This document shows positions 10,966 through 23,579 of a stretch of 64,000 nucleotides of DNA, piece after piece; the first letter of the stretch is position 1, and the number at the start of each line of letters is the position of its first letter. Where the stretch lies: positions 8,071,569 to 8,135,568 of the forward strand of contig NC_052153.1 in the NCBI RefSeq assembly GCF_902713615.1, read 5' to 3'. A model generated the notes under the pieces. That model saw only the letters and a list, made by a program, of their open reading frames with translations, did no database searches and was not told where the DNA came from. The translations under genes and the position numbers were made by a program. The stretch is from Scyliorhinus canicula. Lineage: Eukaryota.

Positions 10966-11887
10966 TTTAAATCCCCCTCACCCCCAAATATGTGCAACGT
11001 TTCAAGGGGGCACATGCCCCAGACATGTGGGTCAACGAGGGCTGCAGCCCCCCAGCCTTCTGCAAACCAGAGAATACAATCTTCACATTCTCTCCTCCAT
11101 CTCAAACTGGCCTCAGAGGATACGGTTCAATAATGGACCTTTAGATGTATAATTCAGCCATTCCCCCTGATGGCATGGGCAGGCCACCTGGCCCCTTGTC
11201 CAAAAGGAAACCCAACTCATTTACTCGGAATCACTAGCTTTTGGAAAGCAGCTCCTTTTCGACTGGTGAACGTGCCCGGGTCGGAAAGCTAGTGATTCCA
11301 AATAAACCGGTTGGACTTTTATCCTGGTGCTGTCAGAGTTCTTACTCTACCTACCTTAGTCCAACCCAGTCGCCTCCACATCCTAAAACAACCACAGACC
11401 ATCCTATTGCAATGGAGGAATTGAGCGATCAACTCAAGTTATGTCATTATGGAAGGCAAATGCATCAATTTTGTTTGATGCCAGTTGTTCAGGTTGAGAT
11501 AAATGCAAGGCTTTTTGAGATAAATCCCTTGAGATCAAGGGATGTGGACCGGCCAGCATTTGTGTCCAGCCCCGAGAGCATTTAATGGTCAACACATAGC
11601 TGGGGTTCTGGAGTCCCGTGTAGGCCAAACCAAGTGAGGCTGACAGAGTTCCCGCCCTCAAGGATGTTAGTGAACCGGATGAGTTTTTAATAATCTTTAT
11701 TAGGTCACAAGTAGGCTTACATTAACACTGCAATGAAGTTACTGCGAAAATCCTCTCGTCACCACACGCCGGCACCCGTCCGGGTGCACAGAGGGAGAAT
11801 TCAGAATGTCCAATTCACCTAACAAGCATGTTTTTCGGAACTTGTGGAGGAAACTGGATCGCCCAGAGGAATCCCACACAGACACAG

Positions 11888-12448
11888 TATTATGGGCCAG
11901 GGTTTAGAGAACACCAAAGTGTATCATGGAGTTCCCCTGACCCACAACTTTTAATAGATTGTTGTATGGGGAGCACACGGCCCACACTACAGGTGTGGTA
12001 CAGCAGAAATGGAAAAGTATTTTTTAAAGCAAAACTTTATGAACTCAAGTTAACCTTTTTAAAACATACAGTGAACATCTTAGCAACCATTAATTCAAAT
12101 ACAACCCCCAAAGAATACAACACTAAGTAATTATTAATAACTTCCCACACACCATCCAGAAGACAAAATAAATATCTTTTACCAGAAGCACATTAGGTTT
12201 ACATTTACTACTGAGAACATTTATAATTCTGAATTCACCAAATGATCAAGAGATAGTCTTTCATGGCAGAGAGATCAACAGTACATCTGCTCTGTCTGGC
12301 TTCAGCTCCAACACTGAAAATGAAACTAAAACACACCCTGCAGCAAACAGCCTAAAATTAAAGTAAAAAGCTGACAGTCAGCCCAGCTCCCCCCACACTC
12401 TCACATCACTGATAAACACCCATTTCTTAAAGGTACTCTCACATGACA
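11888..12448 (-). mobile_element. Solo LTR inserted in a V-SINE
   Basis: 4-bp TSD acag (11884-11887 and 12449-12452); reverse-complement similarity to the LTR at 39044-39737; SINE halves at ~11690-11887 and 12449-12520. Confidence 0.75.
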
Positions 12449-12856
12449 ACAGGGAGAACTCCGCACAGGCAGTGACCAAAGCCAGGAATCGAACACCTGG
12501 TGTGCTAACCGTGTCACCCATAACAACAATCAACAATGGTTTTATGGTCATCACTAGACTTTCAATTCCAGATTTTTTTTTTAATTCAAATTTTGGAATT
12601 GTTAACTTTACCCCCTTGCAGTGAGATCCATTTCCTGGATGAGGGTAAAATGCTAACTAACTCTAGTTATTCTATGCAACCGCACAATATTACAACTCCC
12701 CAATGGATTAATTGTGCTGTGTTTTGTGGTACAGAACTGTCCAGGCTAGTGATTATTTAATGTGTGCAATAATTCCATTGTTCGACATCCAGTATTGGAT
12801 GAGTAGAAATTGTCTCCCATTAAATACCTATTGTGATGATCATTTTCTTTAGTCCC

Positions 12857-15800
12857 TGTTATACTATTATTCGTAAAGAGCTAGGAACTAATTGTTTTGT
12901 GAAGACCTATCTCAGGGTGCCACATTTTACTGCTGCACTGCAGTTATTTGTTGAGGAATACTGTATCAGTTTGCCAGCTTCATGGGAAGATGCAACAAAT
13001 ACACTCGCTGAAGCTCCAGCATTTTTGGTCTAAAGCTGCGATTATTTAGAGTTCTGGGAACCAGAAGCCATAACACGGGGGCAGGGACTCTCAGTGAGTA
13101 AAAACCCAAACATTTTCATTTAATGCCGAATCCAATTACAGCCCAGATTTGTGGCAGAGGGAAAAACTGAGTGAACTATGCAAAAAAACAAAATGGCTGC
13201 TACTGCAGCAATAATACTAATCAATATAATCTTTATTAGTGTCACAAGTAGGCTTACATTAACACTGCAATAAAGTTACTGTGAAAATCTCCTAGTCTCC
13301 ATACTCTGGCGCCTGTTGGGTACACAAGGAAAATTTAGAATGTCCAAATCACCGAACAGTGCATCTTTAGGGACTTGTGGGAGGAAACCGAAGCACCCGG
13401 AGGAAACTCACGCAGACACGGGGAGAATGTGGAGACTCTGCAGAGACAGTGACCAGCCGGGAATCGAACCCCAGGTCCCTAAGTGCTGTGAAGCAACAGT
13501 GCTAACCATTGTGCTGCCAGCCCACAATTAATTGAGAAGCTGATGATATTCTAGGGGCATCTTAGGAAGTTCAAAACTAAAGTGCAGACTGGTATTCAGT
13601 GCTTGCGAAATGATATTAGTGAAGAGGAAAAGGTTAGCTACTTTTCGCGGTTAGGCGAGAAAGGGTTAAATTTGTTTAATAACTGGGAGTTGAGTGGGGG
13701 GTGATAGAAATGACTCAAAAAATCTTTTGAAAGCACACATCTCCAAACAAAATTAAACCATTGGATCAACCGATATGAATTTCAAGTCCTGAGGTAGGAA
13801 TTAGGTGAGCCTGTTGATAATTTCTTAGATTGAAAAATGCCAGCAAAAAATGTATGTTTAAGGACACACGATGAAAGGCTGCTCTATCCACTCATTTGGG
13901 GCTCCGCACAACCTGAAGTGCAAAAAGATTTAAGTGGAAAGGACAAACGTACCATATTGCAGGCTGTACTCACTGCCAGAGAACTATTAAGATTGCCAGT
14001 AGACAGGTGAGGACGCTGAATAGCCAAACAGCTAGCTTTTCAATTAAGTGTAGAAAGGCAACATGGTTGAAGTAGTGATACGGTGACAAAAGAGTGCACA
14101 CCAGACAAAGATGTGCAAGAGCTGTGGACAACAACATGAGATCTCACACAGAAGGAAATGGTCCACGTATAGATGAACTGCAGAGTTTGTGGAAAGTCAA
14201 ATCACTGGAAAAAGATGAGCAGAGCAAAGAAACAAAAGGGTAATTGAGTGATCTGCAAAGGAGCAACAAGACAAATGAGAAGTAAAAGGAACTAAAACAT
14301 CCACATCCTGGGAGGTGACAGTAATTCTGAGGACGTAGTAGACATTAGAACCATGAAATGTCTGGATGCAGAAAAAAGAAATAAACACAACCATTCAGAT
14401 CACTAAAGAGAGTGAAAAGGAAGCCCACCACCATAAATCTGAAGATTGATTACTGGAGAGCATCATCCCATTCAGACTGTATCAGTAGACATGTCCTGAA
14501 AAATTTAAAGAAAGTGGTTAATCAAGGCACGTTGCTCTGAAATGGAGCCATGTTGTGCTAATGGCATACAGTTGAATTGAAATTTGACAGCTAGGAAAAA
14601 CCCAATTCAGGGGTCCACACAGAAAAAAAGATGTTAACTGTATATTCAATGTCACTGAAACAGATGGTCCTGCTATCCTGGGGTGGACATTTGCAAAGAG
14701 ATGAAGTTTAACACGGTGGACCAAGAGATATAAGATCCAACATCTAGTGAACATAGCTCCGCCCAAAACTGTCAAATTATAGTGGAGACCAGCAAAGAAG
14801 AATTAAAAATGCTCTCAACAAGTGATCCAGGTGGGCAGCAAGGTGGCGCAGTGGCTAGTGCTGCTCCTCAAGGCGCCAAGGACCCGGGTTCAATCCCGGC
14901 CCCAGACCACTGTCCGTGTGGAGTTTGCACATTCTCCCCATGTCTGTGTGAGCCCCACCCCCACTACCCAAAGATGTGCAGGTTAGGTGGATTGGCCACG
15001 CTAAATTGCCCATAATTGGAAAATATTTCTAAAAAGTGAGCCAACAATATGGCAGTACTGGTTTATCAAAAGTGACATCTAGAAGATGGTTTCCTGCTAA
15101 CTGGATCCAAAATTATCATATCCAAAATTATCCGGAAGATAATACAGTTTGGAATAGCAGTAATCTAGTATATAGATATTGTGTTGATACTAGGTAACTT
15201 TAATAGATCAAGCAGAAACTGGGAAGAAAGTAAAAATGTTCCTAGAGCAAATGTCAGTTGAGTGAGGGAAACATTTATGGTTGCACAGGATGTTCCAAGG
15301 GAGGAACCAATAGGATGTACACTGTCATGCAGAAAGCCTGTGATTCGTGTTCATGACGATGGGCACTATGTCCGTAACTGGGAGCAATGCCCTGAGTTTG
15401 CAAGTGTAACTATTGTAGCGTGGAATGCAATTCCCAGAGTTCCTCCTGCAACTCTGTGAATGTGGGTTCTCTCCCTATGTACACCTAAATAAAATGATAA
15501 TTGAACCATCCACTGAGCCTACACTGTAACAATTACAGATACAAGTAGGCCACCTGGGAATGCAGAAGTGTAAGCTCAAGATACAGATCAGCTGTATTCT
15601 GGATAGGCATCGATAAAGGCGTTGGGAGAACGGTGTCCACATGCAATGATAGGCAGCAGTTCAGAAATACACAACAGAAAGAGGAGGTGAAAGCTACTGA
15701 AGCAGCACCCAGACGGTGACATGCTGTGGGAACCGATTTATTCACAAATCATCGGGAGTATCTCACAGTTGCAGACTCCGACGCAAAGTTTTCTTTTATC

Positions 15801-16095
15801 TGAAATGTGAAAGATTTGAGAGCTGCAGCAATCAGATCAGCGGTATGAGTTCTGTTCACTGAGCAAGAGACTCAGAATACATGGCAATAGAACTCAATTC
15901 ATCTCCGCTGAATAGAATGGGTTCAACATCATTACCATGTCACTACATTATCCAAGAGGAGATGGCTTTATAGAAAGGCACATCCAGACAGGCAAAAGAA
16001 CCCTCATGGAATGCCAAGACCAAGGAATTACCAAACTTTGCCTTAAATCAATTTGACCTACACCTTAAGGCTGATATGAAATCACCAAAGAGCTG
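12857..16095 (+). mobile_element. Degenerate Gypsy element (5' LTR, gag-pol remnants, integrase), cut by the gap
   Basis: LTR start tgttatactattattc at 12857; integrase remnants HAVGTDLF (~15719), GFIERHIQT (~15964), MKSP-EL at the gap edge. Confidence 0.7.
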
Positions 16096-16595
16096 NNNNN
16101 NNNNNNNNNNNNNNNNNNNNNNNNNNNNNNNNNNNNNNNNNNNNNNNNNNNNNNNNNNNNNNNNNNNNNNNNNNNNNNNNNNNNNNNNNNNNNNNNNNNN
16201 NNNNNNNNNNNNNNNNNNNNNNNNNNNNNNNNNNNNNNNNNNNNNNNNNNNNNNNNNNNNNNNNNNNNNNNNNNNNNNNNNNNNNNNNNNNNNNNNNNNN
16301 NNNNNNNNNNNNNNNNNNNNNNNNNNNNNNNNNNNNNNNNNNNNNNNNNNNNNNNNNNNNNNNNNNNNNNNNNNNNNNNNNNNNNNNNNNNNNNNNNNNN
16401 NNNNNNNNNNNNNNNNNNNNNNNNNNNNNNNNNNNNNNNNNNNNNNNNNNNNNNNNNNNNNNNNNNNNNNNNNNNNNNNNNNNNNNNNNNNNNNNNNNNN
16501 NNNNNNNNNNNNNNNNNNNNNNNNNNNNNNNNNNNNNNNNNNNNNNNNNNNNNNNNNNNNNNNNNNNNNNNNNNNNNNNNNNNNNNNNNNNNNNN
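16096..16595. other. Assembly gap (500 N)
   Basis: Run of N. Confidence 1.
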
Positions 16596-17278
16596 TCTCC
16601 ATTGTTACTGTTTTACCTGATGTTTATGTAGTTTAACGACTTGGATTCAGAAGCCTAACTGGTTGTTTAAATTGTAGCTACTACGTTCTGATTTCTCCCT
16701 CCATGTACCCGAACATCACCGGAGTGTGGTGACTAGTAACTGTGGTCACAGTAACTTCATTGCAGTGTTAATGTAAGCGTACTTGTGACGATACAGATTA
16801 TTACTACTTTTTTAAGGGAAGTTGTTGAACTGTGTTCATACATTAGGTATTGGAGCTGTGTGTACCCACAGAGTGTATGAAACATTAGTTAGAGCCAAAT
16901 TGTTTCTGATTTTAATAATTTAATGCATTATAGTAACACCAATTTGCATTATTTGGTGCTTTTAATACCGTAAGGTCTGAGGTACTTTACAGGAGTGATT
17001 GTGAAACAAAATTTAACAAGTGATCCACATGAGATAATACATCAGTTGACCAGCAGCTTGGTGATTTCAAGGAGTATCTTAAAGGAGAAGATGGGGGTAG
17101 AGAGTTTTAATGAGGAACTACCACAGCTTTTAGTCTTGGCAGCCCTAGGTTTGGATGCCAGTGTTGGAAAGCTGGGATGAAGTCGTGGCCAGAATTGGAG
17201 GAGTGCAGTTGTAAGGCTAGAGGAGATTATGTATACAGAGGGTGACCTTACTGAGTAATTCATTTTTTGTCTTCTAGC

Positions 17279-17411
17279 ATGATGCGGGTTTGTTGGTTGG
17301 TGAGTAAAGATGGGAGGCACCAACCGATACGACTGGCGCACTCGGTTTGCGTGCTGATTGGAAGAAGTCCCGAAACCCAAATTACAGATAGAAAATGCTC
17401 ACGGCATCAAG
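17279..17411 (+). CDS. APTX: Aprataxin coding exon 1 (FHA domain start); full CDS is 1068 nt, 355 aa over 7 exons
   Basis: ttctag|cATGATG; [44 protein letters not shown]; donor G|gtaacc. Confidence 0.95.
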
Positions 17412-17578
17412 GTAACCTCACCAGTTGATTTGACAGCTGCTTGTGCTATAATGAATAAATCAAAAACTGCCGATTAAAGCCTGTGCTAATCAGACTCCTT
17501 GCATTTGTTAATGAGAAAACGGGTAAAAATGGTAGAATAATCACAACATTTTCAGTCTAATAAAATGGAGGCAGAGTT

Positions 17579-17800
17579 GGGCAGCACGGTGGCGCAGTGG
17601 TTAGCATTGCTGCCTCACGGCGCTGAGGTCCCAGGTTTGATCCCGGCTCTGGGTCACTGTCCGTGTGGAGTTGGCACATTCTCCCTGTGTTTGCGTGGGT
17701 TTCGCCCCCACGACCCAAAGATGTGCAGGCCAGGTGGATTGGCCACGCTAAATTGCCCCTTAATTGGAAAAAATGAATTGGGTACTCTAAATTTTAAAAA
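17579..17800 (+). mobile_element. V-SINE, short A-rich tail; further copies ~6268, 14833, 21805(-), 24135, 26715, 29955(-), 31180, 33100, 41578, 43183, 50680
   Basis: 15-bp TSD aaaatggaggcagag; A/B boxes and V-domain. Confidence 0.85.
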
Positions 17801-19021
17801 ATGGAGGCAGAGCTTTTGTTCTGAAAGCATTGAACTCTAACGTTGAGTACAGAGGCTGTAAAACGCTTCATCAAAAGATGAGGTGCTGTTTCTTGAGCTT
17901 CGTTAGGACAGAGAGGTGAGGAAATTAAAGTGACATGTAGCCACAAATTCAAGGCCATGCTTGCGATCATTCAGTCTGCGTTTTGTTTAACCTGTGTAGA
18001 GGAGACTATATCGTGACCAGCGAAGACCACATGTGACCCAAAATCAAACACACTCCATATGATCCTGTTGGCTAAATGATAATCATGAACTATTTTAATA
18101 CTGTGTATAAACAAAGTTAGCTTAGTATATGAATTGAGTAGGGGACTGGTTAGCTCAGTTGGCTGGATGGCTAGCATGTGATTCAGAACAACGGCAACAG
18201 TGCAGGTTCGATTCCTGTTCCCACTCAAGTAGACTTTGGGACCCGCTTCTTCGCCATGGCTCCCGAGAGTGGATGGCAATGGCAAACCACCACTAACAAA
18301 CAAAACTGCAATATAAACAACTCAGGATGAAGCATCAGTGGACAATGAGCCAAGAAGTTGCTTTGGGGAGAGGACACAAGTGAAATGGATTGAGTATGAA
18401 CTCTAAAGCACTGGTCGTCAGAAGGAATACATTAGACAAAACTTGAAGTGTCACACGGGAACAGGTAGATATGTTTGTCTACCTACGGTTTGACTAAATT
18501 TATTGAGCCATGGCTAGAGTTGGGGAGGGCAGGGATTGTGGGGGTCAGATGTGTATGTCACGAGTATTTAATGTTGCCAACTTTTAACTTGCTGATGAGC
18601 CCTGGGACTTGTACAAGATTTATTAATGTCTACTTTTCGTTTTAGTGTAGAGTACCAGCAATACAATAAAATCCACTGAGTCTCAAATTAGTTCTAAAGA
18701 GGCTGGCACAGGCATGATGGGCTGAATGGACTTACTCCACTGATTCGTATGATGCCCCAGATCTTCCGGTCTTTGGATAGTCAGAGACTGGACATAATTC
18801 CCAGGATACGCAATGAGATCTCTCGGAAGTTCTGATGCAATGACTCTGTGGGAATTGCTCACGAATTTTGAACGTCTGATGGGCAATTACCATGTTTCCT
18901 GGGCCCCTGCCTAACTCTTTAGTTAGAGTCACAGACTTTGTACAGTTCCAACTTATTTGCCTGGATAGATACCCAGGAAATGTTCGAAAATTCCTATAAC
19001 TGCTGGGTAACTGTACAGCTG

Positions 19022-19054
<33 letters not shown>

Positions 19055-19709
19055 CCCACCAAGTTGAAGTGACATGGCCCAACCTCACTAACCTACTCGT
19101 CCGCCCAACCTGATCCCCCAAACAAACTACTCCACTACTCTCTTGACCCGACTTCACCAGCTCAGCCTTCCCCGTCTCAACCTCACCACCCACTCATTAG
19201 CCACCCTTCCCCTTCCCCACACTACCTACTTATCCTACCTCCTCTACCCTGTCTCCCATCGTTATGTCCTTACCCACCCTATCCCCCTGATCTTACCCCC
19301 CCTCCTTACTCACTTAACTTTTCCCAGTAGCTTTCCAAAGAAGCTTTGGGATATTTGAACTCTCTACTTAGCAGCTGGTGCTGTAACTGGGGAGGTGGCG
19401 TCTGCATGGATTTCCCTTTGCTCCCTGTGAGGGTTGCTGTAGTGAGTCAGTTTGGAAGGATCCTCCATCGGTCGTTGGCCAGAAAAATCAGTGGACAGTA
19501 AGCAGGTATTTTATTATCCGTTCAGGATCAGAAATAGGTTTCCGCTCCTGATTGGAAGAGTTGTGTCTACAATTTTGTGAAATGTCAGAAATGAGGCTAA
19601 TGGTGTTCTTGCCTAGACTTATATGGAGAGGAATGGTAAAATGAGAAATTTAAAGGTAATTTCAGCAGATGGGGAAAATTAGCTTATAACTTTTTCTATT
19701 GTTTTCCAG

Positions 19710-19756
19710 TACAGCTGAAAGCAGATTACAATAAGGGATATGTTCTTGTAAAACAG
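19710..19756 (+). CDS. APTX: Aprataxin coding exon 2
   Basis: ttccag|TA...CAG|gtatag; (V)QLKADYNKGYVLVKQ, 47 nt. Confidence 0.93.
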
Positions 19757-20375
19757 GTATAGTATCTGTGCTTTGTTTCTTTAGTGTGTTTTCATGTGGC
19801 TAATGGACATGTTCAAATTTGAGGGGCTTTGAAACTGTTCCCACTGGCAGGAGGGTTGGTAATCAGAATTAAAATAATTACTTTGGAGACTTGGCGAAAG
19901 AACCCAGAGGGGGAGATGTCTTTTAAGCAATGGTTAATGGGCTGAAATGTTCTGCCCATTTAAGAAAAGCAGGGGGTATTGAGACTAACTCTGGTCAAAG
20001 AGCCAACACTGAAATGATGAGCCAAATGGCTTCCTTCTGTCCATGATCTTCTTTAAGTATGGCTTTAGATTAAATTACGTTGCCTAAATCAATGACTGGC
20101 GTAAAATGCTTACTAAAGAAGTTGCTGAAATGTGTGGTGGTCGATATGCTTCCTTTTTGCTTTGGATGCACATTCAGTGAAGAACAATTACTCAAATCAG
20201 GAAGTTGGTTAAATTCCTACAAGTTGATTGATTAAAATAATTCCTGGCTTAGCTGAATGGATGAAATGGTGGAATCAAATGTAAGTAGGATTAGGTCCTG
20301 ACATCTTTACTGAGTCATTATGGCCATGTTCTGTTGTGCCTGATTATGTACTTCCAGTTAAAAGTCTGTCTTGAA

Positions 20376-20835
20376 CTGGCCTTTGCGTCCCTAGTAGCCC
20401 GGCGAAGGATCTTGCTACAATGGAAGGATGCGAGGCCCCCAAGCGTGGAGACCTGGATCAATGACATGGCGGGTTTCATTAAGCTAGAGAAGATCAAATT
20501 CGCCCTGAGAGGGTCGGTACAAAGGTTCTTTAGGCGGTGGCAACCTTTTCTCGACTTTCTGGCTCAACGATAGGGTACTGGGACAGTAGCAGCAGCAACC
20601 CGGGGAGGGAAAAGGGGGGGGGCCGACAATGACTATGTTTGTTTATTTAATTTTAATATTTTTTAAAGTTCTTTTGTTGTTCCTTTGGGTTGGGGGGGTG
20701 GGGGGATGTGATACATGCGCCGATACGGTCTGGGGGTGTCACAGTTATTATGGGTTATTTTGTTGCATTTCATTGTTTGTCGTTATGTTTTATATTTTCT
20801 GTAAAAAATTCCAATAAAAATTATATTTATAAAAA
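20376..20835 (+). mobile_element. 5'-truncated L1 copy in an APTX intron
   Basis: Nearly identical to 49628-50100; A tail; 16-bp TSD aaaagtctgtcttgaa. Confidence 0.9.
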
Positions 20836-21040
20836 AAAAGTCTGTCTTGAAGCTGTTGAGGCTTAAATATCTACATACCACTCCTCTCAAAACAGGATTG
20901 GATAAATAATTCTAAGGCAAGGTACTATGGAAGCTTCAAGTGTGAAATCCAAACAGAAAATTTCTGGAAATACTCTGTAGCTTTCGAAAACTAATTATAT
21001 TTTGTTTTCCCGCCTCCCTCACCTCTCCCTGTCTCCAAAG

Positions 21041-21385
21041 TTGGGTATAAATCCGAGCTATGTCAATTCTGACGGTTTGGGAAGAGATCAGGAGGTGAAG
21101 CTAATGCCGGGACAGATCCTTCACGTTGTTAATCGGCATTACCCGTACACCATCCAGTTTGAGGGAGAGACTTCAGAGAAGGAGAGGCTGCCGCCAAAGA
21201 GACCACACAAAGAGATTTCTCCAGACAGCAGCGCCAACACTTTGAATAAATATCTTAAGGCCAAAGACTCCAATCCAAGGGAGCAGCACACGTTTAACAC
21301 TAAGCCCAAAGAGAAGAACCAGGGTGGGCACACAGCAGAAGATAGCAGCAATTCAATGACTCGGATCAACTCCGCTGAGGCCTGC
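21041..21385 (+). CDS. APTX: Aprataxin coding exon 3 (FHA end and linker)
   Basis: ccaaag|TTG; LGINPSYVNS...DQEVKLMPGQILHVVNRHYPYTIQFE; phase-0 donor TGC|gtgaga (alternative AAC|gtaatt at 21394). Confidence 0.88.
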
Positions 21386-22189
21386 GTGAGAAACGTAATT
21401 GATGGGTTGGGTTTAACTTGAGTCCTCTTACCAGTGATATGGTTGAAATAGCCCCACCTTCATTTACTGTGTGCGGAGTCTGCATGTTCTCCCCGTGTCT
21501 GCGTGAGTTTCCTCCGGGCGCTCCGGTTTCTCCCACAAGTCCCGAAACACTTGCTTGTGAAGTGAACTGGACATTCTGAATTCTCCCTCTGTGTACCCGA
21601 AACAGGCACCAGTGTGTGGTGACTAGGGGATTTTCACAGTAACTTCAATGCAGTATTAATGAAAGCCTACTTGTGACAATACAGATTATTATTATTGTAC
21701 CTCAATGTCCAACACCTTGATGGGATTTGAACCCATATCGCCAACGCATTAGCCTAGGCCTCTGGATTACTAGACAATGACACCATTCTCCTAAAGTTCT
21801 AGTTCTTTTTTTAAAGTTTAGAGTGCCCAATTCATTTTTTCCAATTAAGGGGCAATTTAGCGTGGCCAATTCACCTACCCGGCACAACTTTGGGTCGTGG
21901 GGGTGAAACCCACGCAAACACGTGTTGAATGTCCAAACTCAACACGGGCAGTGACCCAGAGCCGGGATCGAACCTGGGTAATTGGCGCCGTGAGGCAGCA
22001 GTGCTAACCACTGCGCCACCATGCTGCCCTTAAAGTTCTAGTTCTAACTATGGTCGCAAGTCTTCAGTGTGATCTCAAATAAAAAAATTTTAAATTTTAG
22101 AGTAGCCAATTATTTTTTTCCAATTAAGGGGCAATTTAGCGTGACCAATCCACCTACCCTGCACATCTTTGGGTTGTGGGGATGAAAGC

Positions 22190-22511
22190 GGCCTTCAAAA
22201 TGGCCACGAACATATTTTAAAAATTCAGCCGCACAGCGCATGCTTGCCCGATCATCGGTGCGTATACACAAAACTATCCGCATGCGCACTGATGATCGGG
22301 CACACGAGCAGTGCGGCCGCATTTTTTAATACGGTCACAGCCTTTTTTTTTACAAGTTCGGGGGGCCAAAGGGACCATTGTGGTCAAAGGGAGCCAAAAC
22401 CATTCCTCCATTTTTGTCGGCCACAAATAAGGTAAGAGAAAATGGTGGGGGCCGTGAAGGTTGGCCGGTTGGTAAAAATGGGTCCCCAGAAAATAAGTTT
22501 GAAAAACACTG
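22190..22511. mobile_element. hAT-like non-autonomous fragment
   Basis: Terminus agtttgaaaaacactg resembles hAT/Charlie TIRs; only one end seen. Confidence 0.4.
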
Positions 22512-22929
22512 GGTAGTGGTTATGTTACTCCACCAGTAATCCAGAAGCCTAGACTAATGATTCAGACACTTGAGTTTAAATCCCACCTCGCCAGGTTGGT
22601 AATTTTAAATTCAGTCAATGAAATAAGGATGGAATAAAAGTAATGGCGACCTTGAAATAACTGGATCGTTGTAAAAACCAATCTGGTTCACCAGTGTCCT
22701 TCAGGGAAGGATGTCTGTCATCCTTGCCCAGTCAGGCCTGGAGGTGATCCTAGTTAGCTTTGAAAGGACCAATCCACTCGATTGCATTCAACAAGGCAGC
22801 TCACTATCACTTCCTTGAAGGAAATGAGGGATTTCCCCAACATCTGCAGAGTTATGATTATCTAGAAAGTGGGATATCGTCCAAGTGTCTATACGTTGGA
22901 TAAATGTCATTCCTACTTTGTTCCTTTAG

Positions 22930-22989
22930 GATTTTCAGGGAATGTGGAGCCAGGGACTAAAAGTTTCCATGCAGGATCCAAAAATGCAG
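22930..22989 (+). CDS. APTX: Aprataxin coding exon 4
   Basis: ttttag-type acceptor |GAT...CAG|gtatac; DFQGMWSQGLKVSMQDPKMQ, 60 nt. Confidence 0.95.
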
Positions 22990-23130
22990 GTATACAAATA
23001 TTTATTAACCCGAAAATCCCACCTAAAATAATCATGGTTTTATTTGTAGCACATTTGGTGCAAATATCATTTCAATTTTTACATTGCTTTTATTGGTCAA
23101 TGAGACTTATTATTTTTCTTTCTCCGGCAG

Positions 23131-23357
23131 GTGTATAAAGATGATACAGTTGTTGTAATTAGGGACAAATATCCAAAGGCCCGTTTTCACTGGCTGGTTT
23201 TGCCTTGGGAGTCCATAGCCAATCTGAGGGCTGTGAAGAGGGATCACTTAACTCTACTTCAACACATGCATCAAGTTGGCCAGAAGCTGGTGCGAGAATG
23301 TCTGGATTCTGACACATTGAAATTCCGTTTGGGTTATCATGCTATTCCTAGCATGAG
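23131..23357 (+). CDS. APTX: Aprataxin coding exon 5 (HIT domain)
   Basis: ggcag|GTG; [26 protein letters not shown]...[11 protein letters not shown]; AG|gtgaga. Confidence 0.96.
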
Positions 23358-23579
23358 GTGAGAGGAGTTTGTTTTCACAATGACACCTGTGGCCAGCCCT
23401 TGGTTGGAAGCATCTAAAACTGCAGCATGCTCCAGGGTTTCACAGTGACTAGTCAGTAGAGCGAACACCTGGAGAATTTGGTTTTCCTGCCCCATCTGTA
23501 TTAAAACACACAGATTTAAATTAGCCTGCGGACTGTACTAAGTTGTACGTTTATAATGATGCCTTATCATACCCCTCAG

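Noticed and set aside
16048-16636. ORFs spanning N runs (also 40719-40973 and 56986-57849)
   Set aside because: Gap artefacts
18141-18225. tRNA-like sequence with A/B boxes (also 26025 and the V-SINE heads)
   Set aside because: SINE heads; no complete cloverleaf evident
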